From an uncultured Alphaproteobacteria bacterium (GTDB lineage: Bacteria > Pseudomonadota > Alphaproteobacteria > HIMB59 > GCA-002718135), in NCBI GenBank assembly GCA_902521325.1, contig CABYRE010000002.1, positions 40,588 through 104,587 of the forward strand: 64,000 nucleotides of DNA. Direction: 5' to 3'. The notes beneath the pieces were generated by a model. That model had not been told where the DNA came from and searched no databases. It saw only the letters and a program-made list of their open reading frames with translations. Made by a program: the position numbers and the translations under genes. Positions 1-7,506 of the stretch are shown one piece after another (position 1 is the first letter of the stretch; every line of letters starts with the position of its first letter).

Positions 1-653
1 AGTGCGTGAGCAGCAGATCCCCAATAACCAAATGCCTCATCCCAACTATGCTCCTTACCAGTGTAGTAAGCCCCTTCTTTATATGGAGCATTATTTGGTT
101 TTTGACCAATTTCCATTTTACTTCCAAGATAACTGTTTACAGCTTGGTTATAAAAAACAGCTCCCATAGCAAACTTTGATATTAATTGAGTGTAATCAAA
201 ACCAGTAGATGGATCAAAACCACCTTCAACTTCACTTGCCTTAAGCATCATATGTTCAATAGCTTCTGGACCTGTTAGATTACCCCAACCAGGAATATAT
301 CCTTTGTACATTTTACCTGAAAGGTTTCCGCTACCTATTTCTGAAACCATGGTTTGTTTAACTGGAAAACCATCAGCAGATTTGGGAGCTATTATTTCTA
401 AACCATCTTCTCCATTATAATAGGACATCATTTTACCTAGATCACCTGTTTTCACTAAAGCTTTTAAACTGTCATGTAAAACTTGTCTGGCCATCTGACC
501 CGTATATTTCACTGAGTTTGTTTTATCACCGTCATAACCTTTTAAAGTAATAGGGTAAGGTCCATAAACTTCTGGACCATGACCATCTGCAAAAGATTTA
601 GAAAAGCTGAAAGAAAAAACTAAAGCAGTAGCAATGAGTAATATTTTTTTCAT
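1..653 (-). CDS. Secreted protein, N-terminal part only (gene runs off the window start). Resembles the DUF4856-type periplasmic family.
   Basis: Absent from the ORF track because it is truncated. The reverse-strand ATG at 653-651 gives MKKILLIATALVFSFSFSKSFADGHGPEVYGP... (signal peptide) and the frame stays open to base 1. It ends ...KEHSWDEAFGYWGSAAHA, a motif I associate with DUF4856. AAGGA lies about 9 nt upstream of the ATG. Confidence 0.6.
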   Translation of the reverse strand, partial: MKKILLIATALVFSFSFSKSFADGHGPEVYGPYPITLKGYDGDKTNSVKYTGQMARQVLHDSLKALVKTGDLGKMMSYYNGEDGLEIIAPKSADGFPVKQTMVSEIGSGNLSGKMYKGYIPGWGNLTGPEAIEHMMLKASEVEGGFDPSTGFDYTQLISKFAMGAVFYNQAVNSYLGSKMEIGQKPNNAPYKEGAYYTGKEHSWDEAFGYWGSAAHA

Positions 654-682
654 GTATATTTTTCCTTATTTGTAAATTTTTT

Positions 683-778
683 CTTAGTTTAAGGGTGTGG
701 AGATGAGTTGAAACTCGTTTGGTTAAGATGCGCCTTTACCTTTAAAAAGATTAATCATCTCCACGTCCTATTACTAAG
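683..778 (-). promoter_or_regulatory. Candidate structured 5' leader RNA (riboswitch-like or attenuator-like) of the secreted-protein gene.
   Basis: Nested complementarity on the minus strand. Outer helix CUUAG/CUAAG pairs 778-774 with 687-683. A 10-bp helix GUGGAGAUGA/UCAUCUCCAC pairs 764-755 with 706-697. Inner hairpins are 740-721 (GGUAAAG-GCGCAU-CUUAACC) and 716-705 (GAGU-UUCA-ACUC). Confidence 0.4.
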
Positions 779-896
779 GATCTAAGATGCTTTTATAATA
801 ATTTAAAAAACAGTTTTTTTTATTTTATTTACTCAATGTTTATAGGCAAAATCAGATATATTTAGATTTATTCTAATTTAAAGGTTTTTTAAAATA

Positions 897-953
897 GGTG
901 GTTAGAAATCGTAATATTAAATGTGAGTTATAATGTTATAAAAACTAACCACC
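897..953. other. Long-range 9-bp GC-containing inverted repeat (hairpin) in the non-coding spacer.
   Basis: GGTGGTTAG (897-905) pairs with CTAACCACC (945-953) around a 39-nt AT-rich loop that contains the direct repeat TTATAA/TGTTATAA. On the minus strand it is followed by CUAUUUUAAAAAA. Confidence 0.4.
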
Positions 954-1088
954 ATGGAACGGAAGTAGACTTATTTATAGGTAAAAATTAATATTTATGT
1001 AAAAAAAAATTATTTTTGATCTTATAAAATAGATATTTAAGAATTTTAGAACTATTCTAATTAAAAGTAATAGACGTTCATTATAGAT

Positions 1089-1106
1089 GGGGCCTCAGAG
1101 GGCCCC
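1089..1106 (-). terminator. GC-rich hairpin just downstream of the sHSP stop; probable terminator.
   Basis: GGGGCC-TCAGAG-GGCCCC, an all-GC 6-bp stem starting 10 nt after the TAG stop (1118-1116). There is no clear U-tract, so confidence is moderate. Confidence 0.5.
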
Positions 1107-1115
1107 TATCCAAGA

Positions 1116-1553
1116 CTATTTTATAGAAATAAGTCTAGCTTTCTTTTCTTCTGGTATAATTCTCTCCAGATCAATTGTTAAAAGTCCATTAATTAATTCA
1201 GCATCCTTAACTTTGATGTCTTCTGAAATAGTGAACGATCTTTCAAACTGTCTCGTTGAGATTCCTTTATGAATTACTCCATTACCATTATCATTAACCA
1301 CTTTTTCTTTTGGTTTATTTCTAACAGTAAGATTATTTTCTTTTAATTCAATCTCAATGTCTTCTTTACTATATCCAGCAAGAGCAACTTCAATTTTATA
1401 ATTGTGATCATCAACTCTATGAATATTGTAAGGTGGATAGTTTGTATTGTATCGTTCGGTGGATTCTAACATTCTATCAAATTCATCGAAAATCGAATCA
1501 AATCCAACAGAAAATGGTCTTAGAGAATTCCAAACGGATAGGTTTCTAGTCAT
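1116..1553 (-). CDS. ibpA: Small heat-shock protein, alpha-crystallin/Hsp20 family (146 aa).
   Basis: I trimmed the ORF-track entry 1116..1601 to the internal ATG at 1553 (MTRNLSVWNSL...), which is preceded by AAGGAG. The alpha-crystallin core is ...YKIEVALAGYSKEDIEIELKENNLTV...GISTRQFERSF...NGLLTIDL. Confidence 0.85.
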   Translation of the reverse strand: MTRNLSVWNSLRPFSVGFDSIFDEFDRMLESTERYNTNYPPYNIHRVDDHNYKIEVALAGYSKEDIEIELKENNLTVRNKPKEKVVNDNGNGVIHKGISTRQFERSFTISEDIKVKDAELINGLLTIDLERIIPEEKKARLISIK

Positions 1554-1557
1554 AATA

Positions 1558-1575
1558 ACTCCTTTATAAGCAAGT
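1558..1575 (-). promoter_or_regulatory. ROSE-like RNA thermometer hairpin occluding the Shine-Dalgarno sequence of the sHSP gene.
   Basis: Minus strand ACUUGCUUAUAAAGGAGU. CUU-G-CUU pairs with AAG-GAG, giving a bulged G, a 3-nt loop and one G-U pair. The UUGCU element lies opposite the SD, as in ROSE elements. Confidence 0.45.
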
Positions 1576-1614
1576 ATTAATGTCGGCACCCACAGTGGCA
1601 TACTGACAATAATG

Positions 1615-1642
1615 ATGTGGGGATGATTATGATTAATTCAAG
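1615..1642 (-). promoter_or_regulatory. Sigma-32 (RpoH)-type heat-shock promoter of the sHSP gene.
   Basis: Minus strand CTTGAA (1642-1637), 14 nt, CCCCACAT (1622-1615). The remembered consensus is CTTGAA-N13-14-CCCCATNT. Confidence 0.6.
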
Positions 1643-1649
1643 TATGTAA

Positions 1650-2306
1650 TTATTTTTTTCTTATAAAGGATAAGCCATCTGATAACGGTAAAAGAGAAAA
1701 GTCTACACGAGAATCATTTTGGATTTTTGTATTTAAATCTCTTATGGTATTTGTTTGAGAATCGTTTTTTTTCTCATCAGCAACATCACCATGCCAAAGC
1801 ATGTTATCAATAATTATGATGCCGTTTGATGGAACAAGACTTAAAGATAATTCATAATAATTAGGATAATTATTTTTGTCAGCGTCTATGAAGATGAAAT
1901 CATAAGAATGTTGACGGTCTATCATACTTTGCATTATTTCAACCCCATCACCGATAATAGATTCGATTTTTGAACTCATATTATCTAGATCCCAATATTT
2001 TTTAGCTAATGATAGAAATTCGTCTGAATTATCAATTGTTGTAATTTTTCCTTCTGCTGACAAACCTCTTGCAATAAATAAAGTGCTCATGCCAGTAAAT
2101 CTTCCAACTTCTAGACAAGATTTTGCTTTCGATAATTTTGTGATTATTTCTAAAAACTGACCTTGTTCTTTTGAAATTTGCATTTGAGATACACTGCCAA
2201 GCTTAGATGTTTCATCTGCCAGATCGTCAATTATTTTATCTTTTCTATAACCTACGTTTTGTAGATATTTTACTAAGCTTTCATCTATTTTAGTTTGTGT
2301 ACTCAT
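1650..2306 (-). CDS. Class I SAM-dependent O-methyltransferase (caffeoyl-CoA OMT / YrrM-TrmR-like family).
   Basis: Contains LEVGRFTGMSTLFIA (SAM-binding glycine-rich motif), DFIFIDADK and IIIDNMLWHG, which are typical of the Methyltransf_3 family. Shares a 1-nt overlap with deoA. Confidence 0.75.
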   Translation of the reverse strand: MSTQTKIDESLVKYLQNVGYRKDKIIDDLADETSKLGSVSQMQISKEQGQFLEIITKLSKAKSCLEVGRFTGMSTLFIARGLSAEGKITTIDNSDEFLSLAKKYWDLDNMSSKIESIIGDGVEIMQSMIDRQHSYDFIFIDADKNNYPNYYELSLSLVPSNGIIIIDNMLWHGDVADEKKNDSQTNTIRDLNTKIQNDSRVDFSLLPLSDGLSFIRKK

Positions 2307-3619
2307 TAATTAATGTACTCATAAACTTGTGGTAATTTTTTTATTTCTTTATCTGAAATTGTAAAACAATCTTTTATTCTTTCTTCCAATTCTTTTGAAT
2401 CATCTTCTGGGTTTGAGTGTAATTGCAATAATGGTTTCGTGCTATCAATTTTTTCACCAACAGAAATAACACTATCATATCCTACACCATAATTTATTTT
2501 ATCAGAAACTTGTTTACGTCCTCCGCCAAGCTCTATTAAAATTAAACCTAATTCTCTTGTATGAATTTTTTCGATCCAACCTTCTTTATCAGAAAAAATA
2601 TCTCTAGCTGTTGACTCATTATGTAAATCTGTTTCGTAAGTAGATAAAATATTTTTTGGTCCTCCCAAAGCTGAAGTCATCTTTTCAAATTTTTCTGCTG
2701 CTGCTCCACTTGAAAGCACCTCTTCAATTTTTTTAAGGGCATCTTCTTTCGAAATTTTATGCACCATCATTAAAAGTGAAGAGATTAACTCATTCGTGAT
2801 TTTTTCTAAGCGATAATCTTTAATTTCATTTTTTAAATACTTTATACACTCTAACATTTCTAAAGTATGACCTGCACTTTTTCCTAAGACTTGATTCATA
2901 TCTGTAATTATAGCTTCGCATTTAAGCCCAGCCCCCTTTGCAACACTAACTAAAGATTGTGATAATTCTCTTGATATCTCTATAGTACTATTAAAAGATC
3001 CGTTCCCAACTTTTACATCGAGAATAAGTGACTTGAGCCCAGAGGCAATTTTCTTAGATAAAATGGAGGAAGTAATTAATGGTAACGATTCCACTGTTCC
3101 AACAATATCTCTTATGGAGTAAAGTTTTTTATCAGCAGGTGCTAAGTTTGATGTTTGACCAATTATGGCACAACCAACTTCTTTAACTACTTTCTTAAAC
3201 ATATCTAAATTAGGTTGAGTATTATAACCTGGGATTGAATCGAATTTATCTAATGTTCCGCCTGTATGACCTAGTCCTCTTCCAGAAATCATAGGAACAT
3301 ATAAACCGCATGCAGCTAATATTGGTGCTAATACAATACTAGTTTTGTCACCAACTCCACCAGTTGAATGTTTATCACAAACGAGTTCACTATCAACCGT
3401 GTCTGACCAATTTATTGTATCGCCTGAGTTTGTCATTGCTTCGGTTAAATAAACTGTCTCTTCTGGAAACATGCCATTAGAAAATATGGCCATACTCATT
3501 GCAGCAATTTGAGGATCAGAAAAAGATCCGTCTGTTAAACCCTTTACAAATTCATTAATTTCTTCTTTTGATAGAGGTTTTTTATCTCTTTTTTTTCTAA
3601 TTATTTCTTGAGGAATCAT
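2306..3619 (-). CDS. deoA: Thymidine (pyrimidine-nucleoside) phosphorylase.
   Basis: 437 aa. Contains the HSTGGVGDK motif, SGRGLGHTGGTLDK and the conserved length. Confidence 0.9.
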   Translation of the reverse strand: MIPQEIIRKKRDKKPLSKEEINEFVKGLTDGSFSDPQIAAMSMAIFSNGMFPEETVYLTEAMTNSGDTINWSDTVDSELVCDKHSTGGVGDKTSIVLAPILAACGLYVPMISGRGLGHTGGTLDKFDSIPGYNTQPNLDMFKKVVKEVGCAIIGQTSNLAPADKKLYSIRDIVGTVESLPLITSSILSKKIASGLKSLILDVKVGNGSFNSTIEISRELSQSLVSVAKGAGLKCEAIITDMNQVLGKSAGHTLEMLECIKYLKNEIKDYRLEKITNELISSLLMMVHKISKEDALKKIEEVLSSGAAAEKFEKMTSALGGPKNILSTYETDLHNESTARDIFSDKEGWIEKIHTRELGLILIELGGGRKQVSDKINYGVGYDSVISVGEKIDSTKPLLQLHSNPEDDSKELEERIKDCFTISDKEIKKLPQVYEYIN

Positions 3620-4427
3620 CGAATTGAACTTCGCGTATAAACTGTTTAATTAAATTTAATACATTGTTCTCTGCTAAGCTTGCGTTTTCTAAAGTTTCTT
3701 GATGACTGAGTTTTGTTTTATTCATTCCTGCAGCTAAGTTTGTAATTACACTTATTCCAATCACAGGTAAGCTACAATGATTTGCAACTAATACCTCTGG
3801 CACTGTTGACATTCCAACGGCATTTCCACCAATTACTTTTAAGGCATTGATTTCAGCTGGTGTTTCAAAGTTAGGGCCTGAATACATGCAATAAATTCCT
3901 TCATATAATTTTTGATTCGTTTTTTTAGCTATATCAATTAATTGTTCTCTATAAAATTTATGGTATCCATCACTCATATCATGAAAGCGTGGGCCGTAAC
4001 TTTCTGCATTGGCACCAATAAGTGGATTAAAGCCACTCCAATTGATATGATCCTTAATTGCCATTAAACTACCTGCTGGCATATTCTCATCAAGACTTCC
4101 AGCAGCATTAGTTACAATTAAAAGTTTAGATCCAATATCTTTTAAAACACGTATTGGGGCTGCTAAACTTTGTGGGTTATGTCCTTCATAAATATGTGAT
4201 CTACCATACATGCAAACGACATTTAAATTATTAATTTTTCCTAAGACTAACTTTCCAGCGTGTCCTTTTACAGTTGGTTGAGGAAAATCTTCTAATTCCT
4301 CATATGATATAGACTCTATAATATCTTGATCATCAAAAAAATTTGTCAACCCACTGCCTAAAATTACAGCTACGTCTGGTGAATTATTGTTTGTTATTTC
4401 TAAAAATTTTTTAGATGATGGGAGCAT
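3597..4427 (-). CDS. Purine nucleoside phosphorylase (trimeric PNP/MTAP family).
   Basis: 276 aa. Contains GMSTVPEV and SGPNFETPAE. Overlaps deoA by 23 nt and cdd by 1 nt. Confidence 0.85.
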   Translation of the reverse strand: MLPSSKKFLEITNNNSPDVAVILGSGLTNFFDDQDIIESISYEELEDFPQPTVKGHAGKLVLGKINNLNVVCMYGRSHIYEGHNPQSLAAPIRVLKDIGSKLLIVTNAAGSLDENMPAGSLMAIKDHINWSGFNPLIGANAESYGPRFHDMSDGYHKFYREQLIDIAKKTNQKLYEGIYCMYSGPNFETPAEINALKVIGGNAVGMSTVPEVLVANHCSLPVIGISVITNLAAGMNKTKLSHQETLENASLAENNVLNLIKQFIREVQFDDSSRNN

Positions 4428-4843
4428 TAAAGATTTTCTGGACCAAAAGAATCTGGAAGTAATTCTTCAAGAGTTGAAGTTTTCATATGCCCTTTTTCAC
4501 TACACATATGGATTTTAGTATCTAATGACGCAAATTCTCTTAATCGTTGTCTACATCCTCCACAAGGTGAACATAATAAATCTCCAGAACCAATAACCAC
4601 GACTTCTAAAATTTTTTTACTTCCATTAGATATCATATTGCCAATTGCAGTTGCTTCGGCACACTGTGATTGAGGGTATGCCGCATTTTCTACATTACAA
4701 CCTGAAATAATTTGTTTATCTTCAGTAAGAAAAGCTGCGCCTACTTTAAAATGTGAATAAGGAACATGAGCTTGTTCTCTAACTTTTTTTGCAGCCTCAA
4801 ATAGGCTATCAAAATTTTCTGAAACCATATTCTTTTTTAACAT
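4427..4843 (-). CDS. cdd: Cytidine deaminase.
   Basis: 138 aa. Zinc motifs CAEATAI and CSPCGGCRQ. Confidence 0.9.
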   Translation of the reverse strand: MLKKNMVSENFDSLFEAAKKVREQAHVPYSHFKVGAAFLTEDKQIISGCNVENAAYPQSQCAEATAIGNMISNGSKKILEVVVIGSGDLLCSPCGGCRQRLREFASLDTKIHMCSEKGHMKTSTLEELLPDSFGPENL

Positions 4844-4869
4844 GAAATTACTAAAAAAATTATTTATTT

Positions 4870-6021
4870 CTAAATCTTAAACAATTCTTGAGACAAATCA
4901 GGAAGTTCATCTCCCCAAAAAACTTCTTTACGTAAAAATTCTGGATCTTGGTTAAAACAAATTGACATTGCAGAATTATAAACAGCTCTGGAATCAACAG
5001 TCGAATTTAGATCTCTTCCCTCAAACAATTCTTTCTTTTTTAGTCCAGGCCAATCTGTATAAACTTGAGATTTTTTTAACAAGCCTCCAGCCATTAATAT
5101 TGCACTTCCATATCCGTGCTCAGTTCCATAGCCTCCATTTTGTTTTATAGTTCGACCAAATTCAGTGAGAGTAAGAATTAGTGTATTATCAAATGCTTGG
5201 CCAAGATTTTCATAAAGAATAGTAACAATCTTATTTACTTCTTCTAGTTCATCAGCATGCGCCCCATCAACACCTCCTTGAGCAGCATGGGTATCGAAAC
5301 CATCTAAATCAAATACAGCAACTCTAGGACCACTTTGATCTTTTAATTGTTTAGCAGCTTCAAGGGCAAGTTTTTTTCTATCGTCAGAGTCAGTAGCTAT
5401 TTGCATGGACAATGGTCTTTGTCTAATTGTATTAAGTGTCGATTTAATTAGCTCATTATGCTCACCCTTAAATTCATTATAAATTTGATCTATTAACTTT
5501 GTTTCAACAAAATCTGGTGATGGAAAAAAATTATTATTTTGTGGCACGCCTCTTAATAAAAGTGGCATTGGTAATGATATAGCCAAACCTTTTCCAATAA
5601 TATTTGAAGCTAGTAACCCCCTACCAAGCCATCCGGTTTTTTCTTTGTATGGAATGTGAGCTCCTGTTTCCATCAAATTTTGACCATCAAAATGAGATCT
5701 GCCTGTGTAGGGAATATTCGTTGCATGAACAAATGCCGCTTGATTTTTTTGCCAAAGTTTATGAAAAATTTCTAATTTAGGGTGAAGACCAAAGTCACTG
5801 TTTAGATTAAGAACATCTTCCAGAATGAGTTTTTTTCTCAATTTTTTGAGACGTTTATCTCCAATAACAGGAACAGCTGTTAAACCATCCATTCCTCCAC
5901 GAAGTGATATAATAATTAGATTTTTTTTCTGCATTGAGGCAAAACTAATTTTTGGAAAATATCCTGAAAGAAATAGTGTTGTTGATCCTCCAATTAAAAA
6001 ATTTCTTCTTGTGCAGTTCAT
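4870..6021 (-). CDS. DUF1501 protein: Tat-exported, alkaline-phosphatase/sulfatase-superfamily-like, function unknown.
   Basis: Twin-arginine signal MNCTRRNFLIGG. DUF1501 hallmarks are RGGMDGL, GRSHFDGQ, GFDTHA and EFGRT...GTEHG. Overlaps DUF1800 by 4 nt. Confidence 0.8.
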   Translation of the reverse strand: MNCTRRNFLIGGSTTLFLSGYFPKISFASMQKKNLIIISLRGGMDGLTAVPVIGDKRLKKLRKKLILEDVLNLNSDFGLHPKLEIFHKLWQKNQAAFVHATNIPYTGRSHFDGQNLMETGAHIPYKEKTGWLGRGLLASNIIGKGLAISLPMPLLLRGVPQNNNFFPSPDFVETKLIDQIYNEFKGEHNELIKSTLNTIRQRPLSMQIATDSDDRKKLALEAAKQLKDQSGPRVAVFDLDGFDTHAAQGGVDGAHADELEEVNKIVTILYENLGQAFDNTLILTLTEFGRTIKQNGGYGTEHGYGSAILMAGGLLKKSQVYTDWPGLKKKELFEGRDLNSTVDSRAVYNSAMSICFNQDPEFLRKEVFWGDELPDLSQELFKI

Positions 6022-7454
6022 ACTTTCAATACTCCAGGTAAATTACAAATGACTCCATACTTTTGGCCTAAATCATAATCTAATGTGCCGAACCTAAAAT
6101 TTTCAATAAGTGATGCCATATTTTCATGATCTTCAAAATTATTTTTAAGACAAGCTAAAATAAAATCATGGGATCTGTTCCCAGATTTAACAAGTATTGG
6201 AAGCTCAACAGAAGAGAACCAAAAGCGACGTAATAATAATTCTGGTGATACCCAATCTACCTCAAAATCACTCCAACCATTAGGTTGTTTGGCACGATAA
6301 GGTGAATGACCAATTTCTCTAAGTATCCATGATAGTTGTCTTTGTCTTCTATTTGGCTTTGAACTGAAAGAATAATTCATTTTTTCAGAAGAAAGAGGGA
6401 TATTTAAATCAAACATTCTAGATAATTGCATCAACCATATTTCTGGTGGATGAAATTTATGTGTATTCTCATTATGTTTGTAAGCTTGAGTAATAACTGC
6501 TTTGTGAATTTCAATTAGACTTCCATTGGATTTGTTCCATGCTTCTATTACTGGGTAAATTATATCTTCAGTTGGTTCATCTGTAATAAAATGCCTACAT
6601 AATTTTGTTGAAACAAATTTGATACAGATTGGGTGTGTTGCCAAATCATGAATTACTTTTGCAAGTTCTCTTTTTGCATCATTTTTATATTTAACTCCTA
6701 AAACTATTTTGTCTCCTTTTTGATGCATTTCTTGATCAAACCATATATCTCCTGTCTCTAAATTTTTTCTATCCCATTTGTGTGCCCAACCTGTCATAAT
6801 ATAGGCTAACTGAATAACATCATCCTGAGTGTATCCAGCATTTGGTGAAACAGTATGTAATTCTAGTAGTTCTCTTGCATGATTTTCATTTATAGTTTCT
6901 CGCCACTCCATTCCTTTTTTAGAATTGGGACCAAAAGATTCTGAGTTATCAAGATGGTGAATCATACACCATGAAGTAGTAACTGACTGAACCATCTCTT
7001 CAAAAGTTTTAACCATATTAGGTCTTATAATCTCACGTTGATAAGGCCCAGTGCTAAACTCTGCTAAAAAATCTTTTTCACTTATTGCAAAATGATTTCC
7101 CCAAAAAAGCCAAAAACGCTCAAAAACAGGCTGTTTGGAATACTTAGTTTGATAATGACGAATAGCATGTTCGTTTAATTCAAAATACCTTTCACCAGTT
7201 TTTATTCTTAATTCATCTTTTGCTTTTTTATAGGCATGTTTGTCATTTTTAAATTTTTTTCTTAAAACTTCTCTATCTCCGTATACCCACTCTCCATATT
7301 TTTTTCTTAATTCTTTTTCTGTTGGAATTATTCCAGGCCATAAGAGATTAGGTATAGTATCTAGTTGATTTAATGCCCAATTAAAAGGATCTTTATCTGG
7401 TTTATCATTTGGTGATAAACCAAACGCTACTCGTCTATAAAATTTTAATGACAT
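6018..7454 (-). CDS. DUF1800 protein (the usual partner of DUF1501), function unknown.
   Basis: 478 aa. The N-terminus FYRRVAFGLSP, the pattern ...WGNHFA...ELLELHTVSP... and its pairing with DUF1501 match that family as I remember it. Confidence 0.7.
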   Translation of the reverse strand: MSLKFYRRVAFGLSPNDKPDKDPFNWALNQLDTIPNLLWPGIIPTEKELRKKYGEWVYGDREVLRKKFKNDKHAYKKAKDELRIKTGERYFELNEHAIRHYQTKYSKQPVFERFWLFWGNHFAISEKDFLAEFSTGPYQREIIRPNMVKTFEEMVQSVTTSWCMIHHLDNSESFGPNSKKGMEWRETINENHARELLELHTVSPNAGYTQDDVIQLAYIMTGWAHKWDRKNLETGDIWFDQEMHQKGDKIVLGVKYKNDAKRELAKVIHDLATHPICIKFVSTKLCRHFITDEPTEDIIYPVIEAWNKSNGSLIEIHKAVITQAYKHNENTHKFHPPEIWLMQLSRMFDLNIPLSSEKMNYSFSSKPNRRQRQLSWILREIGHSPYRAKQPNGWSDFEVDWVSPELLLRRFWFSSVELPILVKSGNRSHDFILACLKNNFEDHENMASLIENFRFGTLDYDLGQKYGVICNLPGVLKV

Positions 7455-7506
7455 ATTTAAAAAAAAATAGTTTACATATATTTATAATATTTAAAAATAA
7501 AATTTA

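Noticed and set aside
1087-1272. Plus-strand 61-aa ORF starting in the spacer and running antisense into the sHSP gene.
   Set aside because: Its ATG lies directly against the terminator hairpin (1089-1106), it has no SD, and the remainder is antisense to a well-supported alpha-crystallin gene.
1554-1601. 16-codon N-terminal extension of the sHSP ORF (MPLWVPTLILAYKGVI...).
   Set aside because: The extension would start almost at the predicted sigma-32 TSS and has no SD. The internal ATG at 1553 has AAGGAG upstream, and Hsp20 homology starts there.
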